From: Eledone cirrhosa
Lineage: Eukaryota
Length of the DNA stretch: 64,000 nt
NCBI GenBank assembly: GCA_964016885.1
Contig: OZ024753.1
Span: 17,422,001-17,486,000 of the forward strand
Direction of reading: 5' to 3'
The first letter of the stretch is position 1, and every line of letters begins with the position of its first letter. This document shows, in pieces, positions 13,172-24,974 of the stretch. The translations under genes were made by a program, and so were the position numbers. Below the pieces are notes generated by a model that was not told the origin of the DNA, searched no databases, and was given only the letters and a program-made list of their open reading frames with translations.

Positions 13172-13478
13172 CAGTGGTTCCCAACATTTTGAGCACCATG
13201 CCCTACCTAAACTTCTCGAACAATTATGTGCCCCCCCCCCCCCACACACACACACTTTAACATGGACACAACAATGTCCAACTACAAGGTCGAAACATTG
13301 GTGTACAGTTGATGCTAGATGTACAATAACAGTTGTGGAGGGAGTGAGACATGAGTTTACCACAGTAACGTCTACCAATGAGGCCTCGCTGTGAAAGTAT
13401 TAAAGTAAGTTGGTTTTCATTAACATCATTTTCAATTTGCTCCCTCGTGGGGCATACGTCCCACGATGGGTATGATTG
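13172..13478. mobile_element. hAT (Charlie-like) non-autonomous element / MITE
   Basis: Left end CAGTGGTTCCCAAC. Degenerate right end GATGGGTATGATTG. 8-bp flanks CTTTAGGT / CTTTAGTT (7/8 match, central TA). Confidence 0.6.
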
Positions 13479-13754
13479 CTTTAGTTAAACTCGTAAATAC
13501 TTATATGAATATAAATCGTAAAATAGACAAATGTAATTGTGGTAATCTATTTGTGTTTTCGAGCATGAATCCTGGTAGTCACATAGGTATTTGTATGTGT
13601 ACACACACACACACGCCAGCGCACGTAATAGTAATGAATATATATATATATATAAAGCAGGTATGTTTAGAAAACGGCGAGCGAAATTTAAACATTGACC
13701 TACGTTTCGTCGTACATTCGACAAAATAGTCAAATAATAAGGTAGGTTATATCA

Positions 13755-14000
13755 TATCATCATCATCATCGTTTAACGTCCATATTCCACGCTTGCATGG
13801 GTTTGGACGGGAGTTTTCCCACTTGAGGCAAGAGTGGTTGTCTTGCTCGCATAGGACTGTCTGGCGGGTTTTCTACGGCTGGATGCCCTTCCTAACACCA
13901 ACCACATTTACAGTGTGGAACTGGGAGGTTTTTACCGTGTTACCTACACGGCCACATTACAGCGTGGACTGTGTGTTTTTTTGTCGTGACACCTACACGA
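13755..14000 (-). mobile_element. SINE-like family D, 3' part
   Basis: (CAT)n-CGTTTAACGTCC...GGCTGGATGCCCTTCCTAACACCAACCAC. Reverse complement of 8455-8673. Confidence 0.8.
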
Positions 14001-14315
14001 CTTCATTTGTTTCGGGCTGGATGTTGTGGTACCAACATAACTTTACATTGAAAGGGGTGGTATATATATATATTATATATATTATATATATATATATTAG
14101 AATTGGAGCTCTGAAATAGCAATATATATATGGATGTATATATAATGTATTTTGCAATACAGTTTATGCTTAATTAAAAGCATTTTGAAGACCGTAAGCT
14201 ATTGTTTTAAAGTAGTGACAAATTCACTCACTTTGATCTCAGCAAACAGGGGAGATAAGCCGACAAGACTTGTTTCGCTTTGGTTGAAGCTTATCAAGGT
14301 CAACTACCCCACCTG

Positions 14316-14385
<70 letters not shown>

Positions 14386-14796
14386 CATAGTTGAAGCCAA
14401 CAATTGCTACCACCTCTGCTGGTCAACACTAACAGAGAACGAAAGAAAACTACGGACAAAAATATGAACTTTCCACTCTAAATATGTATGTAATAACTAA
14501 AAATTGCTTTCTCCATTTTATTATTATCCGTATAAATATTCAATTTAACTGCACTATACACTTCCATCGTTGAAAAAGCATATAAAGGGGAAATCGGTAC
14601 ACGATTAAATGCGGGAATCCCTACTTTATAAATAAATGTTTTGATATACTGAAAAAATCCCTCCAGCATTTTCTAATGAATCTTTTTCCTTTTTACTATT
14701 TGTTTATATAAATATAAGAAGGTAAGAGGCTTCATCAAAATGTTTAGAACAATAGTGTATATAATAGGACATATAAGCCCCCTTAACAATGAAAAT

Positions 14797-14973
14797 AATT
14801 GTTTCTACTTTTGGTACAAGGCCATCAATTATCTCCGTGTATTACTGGTGCTTTATTTTATCGACCCCATAAGGATGAAAGACAAAATTAACTTCAGCGG
14901 GATTTGAACTCAGATCGTAAAGGGACGTAACTACGTTGGAAAGCATGTCTGACCCTCTACCAATACTGGCAAT
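14797..14973 (-). mobile_element. SINE family A
   Basis: Reverse complement of 11150-11338. Confidence 0.88.
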
Positions 14974-15282
14974 ATAATGGTCGTTCGTATGTTCCTTTCT
15001 CGCTATGTATATATAGCATCTAAGGTCTTGTCTTTGGCAACGCAACCTCGTTTCTTTAATATATATTATCAGAAAAAAAAACAAATACTCTAATGTAGAT
15101 ATTTTCCGTATCTTATGTTTACATTTTTTAACTGAAGTATTTTCTCGAACGAAACGAATTATTTAGTCGTTATTTAGTCTTCAAAACAATTGTAATGTGT
15201 AGTTATGTCGACTTATTTATATAAGTATTTATCTTCCACACTATTCCGCATTGTTGCACATTGCTTTAGTTAATACCCACAG

Positions 15283-15378
<96 letters not shown>

Positions 15379-15469
15379 CTGTGGGTATTAACTAAAGCAA
15401 AGTGCAATATACCGTATGTTTAATTAAAAACATTTTGAAGACCTTGCGCTATCATTTAAATATATATAT

Positions 15470-15501
<32 letters not shown>

Positions 15502-15554
15502 GGTGAAAGCAACGATTCTTTGCTTAAACTTTAATCTGTTATTTTAATAAATAT

Positions 15555-15585
<31 letters not shown>

Positions 15586-15702
15586 CATATGAAAAATGTT
15601 TTTCATATTACCCACTCTACAACTCCAAGTATCGTGTACTCTGGTGAGTAAAGGTCTAACTCATGTTTACCGCCATCAATCTTTATATATATATATATAC
15701 AC

Positions 15703-15735
<33 letters not shown>

Positions 15736-16136
15736 CACATACATATATATAACCATTCTCCGGAGAAACGCCTATTCCATTCTCTCCGGCGGGGCTGTGG
15801 GGTGCCCAACAGTGGGACCCCATTTGCTCAATATACAGAGAGATGGGGAGGGCTAAAGCGATAGAGGCGATGACGGTGGTAGTTCGACTCTCCCGTGTTC
15901 GGACACATTGTACCTGTCAAGAGTGTATTTTCATACTTGTGACCAACATTGTGAATTCCTATTTACAGTTTATTTTAACACCTGTAATGCATAAAATCTC
16001 GAAAACTTTCCGGAGAATATATAGTTAGTAAAAGAGTGAAACATGGCCGGCTGTACAATAGGATTTATTTAAAATATTAACAATTGTTTCATTTGTCCGG
16101 TGTGTCTAAATATCGCTGATCGTTAGAAGCAACATT

Positions 16137-16798
<662 letters not shown>

Positions 16799-16799
16799 A

Positions 16800-17013
16800 G
16801 GCGTGTGGCTGAGTGGTTAGAGAATTGGATTCGCAATCGTAAGGTTGTGAGTTCGATTCCTGGACCAGGCGATGCGTTATGTCCTTGAGCAAGACACTTT
16901 ATTTCACGTTGCTCCTTCTACCTGGAGTTGCGACCGATAGATAGTATTAGCAATTGGAAAGACCAACGGAAACATTGTTCCCTCGGTCCGATTTGACGAA
17001 AGTCGATCGTTCC
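16800..17013 (+). mobile_element. tRNA-derived SINE family B, full length
   Basis: A box TGGCTGAGTGG, B box GAGTTCGATTCC, CORE-like CCTTGAGCAAGACACTT block, T-rich end. Confidence 0.92.
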
Positions 17014-17526
17014 TTTTATATATATATATATATTTAAATGATAGCGCATGGTCTTCAAAATGTTTTTAATTAAACATACGGTATATAACCAAATGTACTA
17101 TACATACATTCATGTATACACCGGTATTTCAGAGCACCAATCCTTATATATATATATATATATATATGAATAAGGATTGACAATGAATCAAATTAAATCA
17201 TTTAATTGATTTGCGACCGTTTCTTTAAAATAACTCGAATATTCCACTCGTGTTATAATCACATCTGTCATTGCCTCCATCTCTCTCGCCCTCCCCATCT
17301 CTCTGTATGGTGTGCAAATGGGGTCACACGTGCTGGCCTCCACACAGCCCCGGTGGACAGGATGAAGAACAGGTTTCCCCGGAGGATGGTAAGGGAGATG
17401 CGCTGGAAGAGCGATTCCAGCTCGCGAGATTCACACCTGCGGCTAATAGACATTCTGGCTTAGAATTTCTGCCGTTGTCAACTTTGCTGCTCATCTTTCA
17501 GGTGTTTATAAATTAAAATATGTACC

Positions 17527-18732
17527 ATTAATATCATATAGATGGCTTCAATAGCATAAAATAAAGTACCAGTAATACACTGGGTTATTGCTGGCCTTGT
17601 GCCAATAGTAGAAACAATTAATATCATATAGATGGCTTCAATAGCATAAAATAAAGTACCAGTAATACACTGGTTGATTTGCTGGCCTTGTGCCAAAAGT
17701 AGAAACAATTAATATCATATAGACGGCTTCAATAGTATAAAATAAAGTACCAGTAATACACTGGGTATTTGCTGGCCTTGTGCCAAAAGTCGAAACAATT
17801 AATATCATATAGACAGCTTCAATAGTATAAAATAAAGTACCAGTAATACACTGGGTAATTGCTGGCCTTGTGCCAAAAGTAGAAACAATTAATATCATAT
17901 AGACAGCTTCAATAGTATAAAATAAAGTACCAGTAATACACTGGGTAATTGCTGGCCTTGTGCCAAAAGTAGAAACAATTAATATCATATAGACAGCTTC
18001 AATAGTATAAAATAAAGTACCAGTAATACACTGGGTATTTGCTGGCCTTGTGCCAATAGTAGAAACAATTAATATCATATAGATGGCTTCAATAGTATAA
18101 AATAAAGTACCAGTAATACACTGGGTATTTGCTGGCCTTGTGCCGAAAGTAGAAACAATTAATATCATATAGATGGCTTCAATAGTATAAAATAAAGTAC
18201 CAGTAATACACTGGGTAATTGCTGGCCTTGTGCCAATAGTAGAAACAATTAATATCATATAGATGGCTTCAATAGCATCAAATAAAGTACCAGTAATACA
18301 CTGGGCATTTGCTGGCCTTGTGCCAAAAGTCGAAACAATTAATATCATATAGACAGCTTCAATAGTATAAAATAAAGTACCAGTAATACACTGGGCATTT
18401 GCTGGCCTTGTGCCGAAAGTAGAAACAATTAATATCATATAGACGGCTTCAATAGTATAAAATAAAGTACCAGTAATACACTGGGTTATTGCTGGCCTTG
18501 TGCCTAAAGTAGAAACAATTAATATCATATAGACGGCTTCAATAGTATAAAATAAAGTACCAGTAATACACTGGGTAATTGCTGGCCTTGTGCCAAAAGT
18601 CGAAACAATTAATATCATATAGACAGCTTCAATAGTATAAAATAAAGTACCAGTAATACACTGGGTAAAGCTGGCCTTGTGCCAAAAGTAGAAACAATTA
18701 ATATCATATAGATGGCTTTAATAGTATAAAAT
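17527..18732 (+). repeat. 90-bp tandem array, about 13 units, each a SINE A 3' end plus flank
   Basis: Unit ATTAATATCATATAGAYRGCTTCAATAGT followed by ATAAAATAAAGTACCAG...GGCCTTGTGCCAAAAGTAGAAACA. Confidence 0.95.
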
Positions 18733-19371
18733 CCTACGGTTTCTTGTTATTAATCTAAGCCCCTGTTACGTGGAGTAAATTATTTTCATCGGGTTACTAG
18801 TATAAGTGATTTGTTTATTCAATCAACGGCCTGTTCCTGTAGTTAACGTTCAAATGGCTTATCGTTCCAAAAACACGTGTACCAATGTAATTCTCAAAGA
18901 GACTCATTGTGAGAGAGTGGCGACTCTTTGGCTCATGAATACAAACCATTTGTCGGGCTTCCGGACAGATACCGTTTACCTTTACTTCACAAGGTTTCGC
19001 TCACCTCAGCACTATCGTAAAAGACATTTGACCCCATATGTCACGCTGTTAGGTCTCGTTACCTTATGATTGCGAGGCAACATTCTTAACCATTCCGTCC
19101 ATTTAACACCTGTAAAAGCTTTCTATCGGAAAGCTTTCACAGGTGTTACCTTTTAAAACTATAGATTACTCCTGTGAAAGACCCTCAATATGTGGTCTAC
19201 ACATGTCAATATCTATTCCAACATATTGACACAGTCTAAATTCTTCTATTTATGTCCGTTTCTATAAACCTACCTTAAGTCTTTCAAGGGAAGAAAATAT
19301 AAAAAGATTCTAAAGAACGAAACAATAAAGGGAAAAAATAAAGAAGCAACACATCAACCTGCTCCCCCCCC

Positions 19372-19690
19372 CACACACACCCATACATATACACACACAC
19401 AGAGATACACAAACACACACAGATACACATACACACACATACACACACACACACATACATACACATGCATACACACACAGATACACACACATACACATAC
19501 ACATACACACACATACACACATAGATACATACACACACACATACAGACACAGACCTACACACACACTGACACAAACACACTCACACACACACACACACAC
19601 ACACAGCCACACTCACACACACAAACACAGCCTCACTCACACACAAGCACACACACATAGAAACACACACAAACACAGACACAAACAACA
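19372..19690. repeat. (CA)n-rich compound microsatellite
   Basis: Direct reading. Confidence 0.96.
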
Positions 19691-19808
19691 GAAAAAGAAA
19701 AGAAACCCTTTACAAAACGAAGAACAAAATGGAATGAAAAGAGCAGCAATTGTGAAGAATGGAGGATGTTTTGTGGTTGATAGAAAGGAATGTAATAGTG
19801 AGTTTATG

Positions 19809-21293
19809 GGAGGTGGGGAAGTTGTGACGGCGTTAGGGCTAGGTGAGGTAAACGTGGAGGTGGGGAAGTTGTGATGGCGATAGAGCTAGGTGAGGTAAAC
19901 GTGGAGGTGGGGAAGTTGTGACGGCGTTAGGGCTAGGTGAGGTAAACGTGGAGGTGGGGAAGTTGTGTTGGCGTTAGGGCTAGGTGAGGTAAACGTGGAG
20001 GTGGGGAAGTTGTGACGTCGTTATGGCTAGGTTAGGTAAACGTGGAGGTGGGGAAGTTGTGACGGCGTTAGGGCTAGGTGAGGTAAACTTAGAGGTGGGG
20101 AAGTTGTGACGGCGTTAGGGCTAGGTGAGGTAAACGTGGAGGTGGGGAAGTTGTGACGGCGTGAGGACTAGGTGAGGTAAACGTGGAGGTGGGGAAGTTG
20201 TGACGGCGTTAGGGTTAGGTGAGGTAAACGTGGAGGTGGGGAAGTTGTGATGGCGTTAGGGCTAGGTGAGGTAAACGTGGAGGTGGGGAAGTTGTGTTGG
20301 CGTTAGGGCTAGGTGAAGTAAACGTGGAGATGGGGAAGTTGTGTTGGCGTTAGGGCTAGGTGAGGTAAACGTGGAGGTGGGGAAGTTGTGTTGGCATTAG
20401 GGCTAGGTGAGGTAAACGTGGAGGTGGGGAAGTTGTGACGGCGTTAGGGCTAGGTGAATTAAACGTGGGGGTGGGGAAGTTGTGACGGCGTTAGGGCTAG
20501 GTGAGGTAAACGTGAACGTGGGGAGGTTGTGTTGGCGTTAGGGCTAGGTGAGGTAAACGTGGAGGTGGGGAAGTTGTGACGGCGTTAGGGCTTGGTCAGG
20601 TAAACGTGGAGGTGGGGAAGTTGTGTTGGCGTTAGGGCTAGGTGAGGTAAACGTGGGGGCGGGGAAGTTGTGTTGGCGTTAGGGCTAGTTGAGGTAAACG
20701 TGGCGGTGGGGAAATTGTGACGGCGTTAGGGCCAGGTGAGGTAAACGTGGAGGTGGGGAAGTTGTGATGGCGTTAGGGCTAGGTGAGGTAAACGTGGAGG
20801 TGGGGAAGTTGTTGGCGTTAGGGCTAGGTGAGGTAAACGTGGAGGTGGGGAAATTGTGCGGCGTTAGGGCTAGGTGAGGTAAACGTGGAGGTGGCGAAGT
20901 TGTGACGGCGTTAGGGCTAGGTGAGGTAAACGTGGAGGTGGGGAAGTTGTGATGGCGTTAGGGCTAGGTGAGGTAAACGTGGAGGTGGGGAAGTTGTGTT
21001 GGCGTTAGGGCTAGGTGAGGTAACCGTGGAGGTGGGGAAATTGTGTTGGCGTTAGGGCTAGATGAGGTAAACGTGGAGATGGGGAAGTTGTGTTGGCGTT
21101 AGGGCTAGGTGAGGTAGACGTGGAGGTGGGAAATTGTGTTGGCGTTAGGGCTAGGTGAGTTAAACGTGGAGATGGGGAAGTTGTGTTGGCGTTAGGACTA
21201 GGTGAGGTGGAGGTGGGGAAGTTGTGACGACGTTAGGGTGCGGTGGAGGTGGAGAAGTTGTGACGGCGTTAGGGCTAGGTGAGGTAAACGTGA
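19809..21293. repeat. 47-bp G-rich minisatellite, about 31 copies
   Basis: Unit GGAGGTGGGGAAGTTGTGACGGCGTTAGGGCTAGGTGAGGTAAACGT. Confidence 0.97.
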
Positions 21294-21410
21294 CATGATG
21301 GGAGTTGAACAGATTTATTGGAACAAACTGGTATTGAGAGATATATTGGACAGGTGGGGATTATCGACTTAACGATGACAGATATATCAATAAAACTGGT
21401 AGTGTTATAT

Positions 21411-21815
21411 TGGGGAGTGGGGGACATAGGAGGGGTGGTGGGGAGGGGGAGATGGATGGAGGGGATGGAGGGTGAGGGGAGAAGGATGGTGTGAGGATGA
21501 GGGTATGAGGCAGGGAGAGAGAGAGGGATGGAGGGGGAGAGGATGGAGTGTGAGGAGTGGAAGGAGGGTGTGAGAGGCAGAGATGTAGGAGGAGGAGGGG
21601 TGTGGGATAGAGGGGTCAGAGAGAAACTGGAGGTAAGTGTGAGGTGGAAGCGGAGGGGAAGTAAGAGGGCGTGAGAAAGAGAAAAAGAATGAGAATGACA
21701 AAGAGAAAGAGGTGAAAAAAGAGGGAGGGAGGGAGGGAGAGAGATAAAGAGAGAGGGGGAGAGAGAATAGTGAATATGTTTGTATATAAATACACATACA
21801 TATATATATGATGTA

Positions 21816-21850
<35 letters not shown>

Positions 21851-21914
21851 CCATTTTGTGTATGTATATATATATCCATTGTATGTATATGTTTATATAT
21901 ATATCGATTGTATG

Positions 21915-21949
<35 letters not shown>

Positions 21950-22076
21950 ATTTATGTGTGTGTGTATATATGTGTGTGCATATATATATGCATGTATATA
22001 TATGTATATATGTATATGTATGTATATATATATATGTGTGTGTGCATATATTTGTATGTGTATATACATGTTTTGA

Positions 22077-22117
<41 letters not shown>

Positions 22118-22352
22118 GATATATATATAAATGATATATGTATATACGTATATATATTGTATATATTGTATATATGTATGTATATATTGTAAATATGAAT
22201 ATACGTATATGTATGTATATATATATATTGTATGTATATATATAATTGTATATATAAATATAATTATGTATATATATGTATATATATAATTTTATATATA
22301 TATAAAAGCGATGCATTTATATATATATACGCATATATTTGTGTGAGTGTGT

Positions 22353-22397
<45 letters not shown>
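21411..22397. repeat. GA-rich low-complexity tract followed by TA/TG compound microsatellite
   Basis: Direct reading. Confidence 0.93.
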
Positions 22398-22399
<2 letters not shown>

Positions 22400-22505
22400 C
22401 AAAGAGTTATTTAATTTGTTGGTTATCAACAAATTTATTTATAACAGAATTCGAAGCACTCTACAGTTTTCTTCTGGAGTATAATATCAATTGATATATA
22501 TATAT

Positions 22506-22708
22506 AACGAAGGAAATGTGATAAGGAACCAGGTGGACCATAACGCACCAAAGTACTCAATACTTAGGGCAGTAGAGTGGGTAATAGGAACGAGTAGGAC
22601 CCCGACGGCTGAGCTCAAGCCGTTTCGACGGCTAATTCTGGACTAAAATTTTAGTCCAGAATTAGCCGTCGAAACGGCTTGAGCTCAGCCGTCGGGGGCC
22701 TACTCGTT

Positions 22709-22713
<5 letters not shown>
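22506..22713 (-). mobile_element. TA-flanked Penelope-like terminal fragment ending in a 130-bp palindrome
   Basis: Paralogue at 45171-45367. Palindrome 22584-22713. Carries hammerhead half GAAACGGC...AGCCGTC. The palindrome is certain; the Penelope assignment is inferred. Confidence 0.6.
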
Positions 22714-22761
<48 letters not shown>

Positions 22762-22769
22762 ATATATAA

Positions 22770-23087
22770 TGGTCACGAATGACCTTGGGATTTGAACCTC
22801 GAAAGTTTCCGTCCGTGTCACAAGTCCGGGCAGTAGACGCCCATAAGTACCAGCCTCACCTCTTCACGTCACTGTAGTTGTCCAAGGGAAAGGCAATGGT
22901 CGATACAGCTTGGCACCAGTTAAGTTACACGAAAATGAAATGTGAACTGGAGCAAAGTGAAATGAAGTGTCTTGCTCAAGAACACCACGCGTCACCCGCC
23001 CCGAGAATCGAACTTACAACCCCACGATTGTAAGCCCGACGCTCTAACCCCACGATTTAAAACCCGACGCTCTAACCACTATGCCAT
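22770..23087 (-). mobile_element. tRNA-derived SINE family C (head like B, different 3' body)
   Basis: AAGTGTCTTGCTCAAGAACAC...GAATCGAACT...CTCTAACCACTATGCCA and CAAGGGAAAGGCAATGG. Resembles the reverse complement of 63438-63725. Confidence 0.82.
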
Positions 23088-23331
23088 GTATATATTTGGA
23101 GAGAGAGAGAGAGAGAACTGATCGGATTGAAATAGTTTTTTTATCAATTCTAAAGTCACAATTCTAGACGAGATTTAGATATTCACGTGTGGACTTACTG
23201 TGAATATACACTATGATGTACAAACACACGCTCACTCCTGCACACATACACACAGATACACACACATACACACACACACACATGCACACCAAGAGACACC
23301 ATACGCTCTCTCTGTCTCTTTCGCCCTCTCT

Positions 23332-23372
<41 letters not shown>

Positions 23373-24164
23373 GAGACACCACACGCTCTCTCTCACACAT
23401 ACGCATATATTACGTTGGTTTCATGTTTGTGTAACTTAGTCGTTCGATGATTAATGTAGATCGATGAAATGCAATCTAAACTGAAAAATAAGTAGTGACT
23501 TTCAGGGCGGTGCCCGAGCAGGATCTCAGTCAAACAAGTGAAACCAGTAGGAAATATATGCATCTTTGGAGTGAAATCAGCTGATGTAGTCGTAAGGGCG
23601 CCATCATGTCCTACTGTACTATAAACTCCAGCCGGAGTTCATTCCCTCTACGGATAGGAACTCAACTGATTTCCTTCTGAGAAGCAGATATAGAGTGAAA
23701 GAGCTGAAATGTGAAAGAAATATGGGGGAATAATTGACCCCAGTGTAGGACTGGTATTATTTTATTGACATCGGAACGTTGACCTGGGCAGGATTTGAGT
23801 TATTTGGTTTGAGGTTTCAGTTCAAATTCCTTCGAGGGTTAGATTTAATCTATTGTCTGGTTGAAGATCACCACCTCGCCATTGGCGGCCTTTAGTGGTG
23901 TCACTGACTCCTAAGTATTTTGACCAGATCTTAGCTTTGAGCACAGTTTTCTCATCCATTCCCTGGAGCGAAATAGCAACAACTGTGATTTGAAACTGTT
24001 GAAGTCTTGTCAGGAACCTATCTTTTTATAATTAATTCCATCTTTTCTTCTTGAGTCATCCCTGTTTCGAAGGTGAAACATCTATTTTTGCTTTTGTCTA
24101 ATGGCTAGAATATATGCGACTCACCACACCTGCCTAAACATCCATGCTACCAATGTTGTCGAAG

Positions 24165-24344
24165 AGAAAGGAAATGGCCGATACAGCTGGGGGGACCAGT
24201 GACGTCGCAGCTCATTTCTGCAGCTGAGTAAACTGGAGCAAGGTGAAATAGTGTTTTGCTGCAGGACAATATATCATCGGTCCGAGATCGAACTCACAAT
24301 CTCCCGATTGCAAGCTTAACATTCTTCTCACTAAACCATGCGCC
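24165..24344 (-). mobile_element. SINE family C, partial
   Basis: GGCCGATACAGCT...GTGACGTCGCAGCTCATTTC..CAGCTGAGTAAACTGGA matches the reverse complement of 63540-63605. Confidence 0.82.
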
Positions 24345-24735
24345 TCAGATTCACAAACCTCATTAATAGTGACATTTCTAATGAACACAAGGCAGCACAT
24401 ATCGCTGCTCTCCTCCTCCGTACTTGTACTATCAGTCAACGTGGGAATTATATTTATAAATGCTGAGATATATTTATGAGATGGATTAAACTTATTGGTC
24501 TGGAGAGGGACTAACTTTATAGGAAAATGACCAGCTCTTTTCTTTGGAATAACAAACTCGACTAACCCGCAATAAAAATAAAAGCATTGTTATGAAAATA
24601 TATTTGTCCAGCCGACATTAAAAGCCATTGAAGAAAAATAAAAAAAGGAAAGCAGGAAAATGAAATCTTCAAAAGGACGAACTACAATAGAATATTCTTT
24701 TGTCAGTTAAAGATATTGTCAGCAGTTAAAGAAAT

Positions 24736-24952
24736 AATTGTTTCTACTTTTGGCACAAGGCCAGCAATTACTCCAGTGCATTACTGGTACTTTATTTTAT
24801 CGACTCCCTTAAGGATGAAAGGCAAAGTTCACCTCGGTGGGATTTGAACTCAGAATGGCAAGGGCCGTAACTCTATGCGTCAAAGCATGGCGTCCGACCC
24901 TTTACCGATTCTGGCAATCCACCGACCCTCTACCGATAGTGCCAACCACAGC
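24736..24952 (-). mobile_element. SINE family A with a duplicated 5' segment
   Basis: Full copy to about 24924, then a second GACCCTCTACCGATAGTGCCAA. Confidence 0.88.
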
Positions 24953-24974
24953 TCACTGTGAGCTGTACTGATGT

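Noticed and set aside
16800-16870. tRNA genes at SINE heads (also 63438 and 43534)
   Set aside because: A and B boxes are present but there is no closed acceptor stem, and the sequence continues into multi-copy SINE bodies.
17527-18732. CRISPR-like array or 30-aa repeat protein (ORF 17638-18618)
   Set aside because: The intervening segments are near-identical, not unique spacers. The unit is a SINE tail, the context is eukaryotic, and there are no cas genes.
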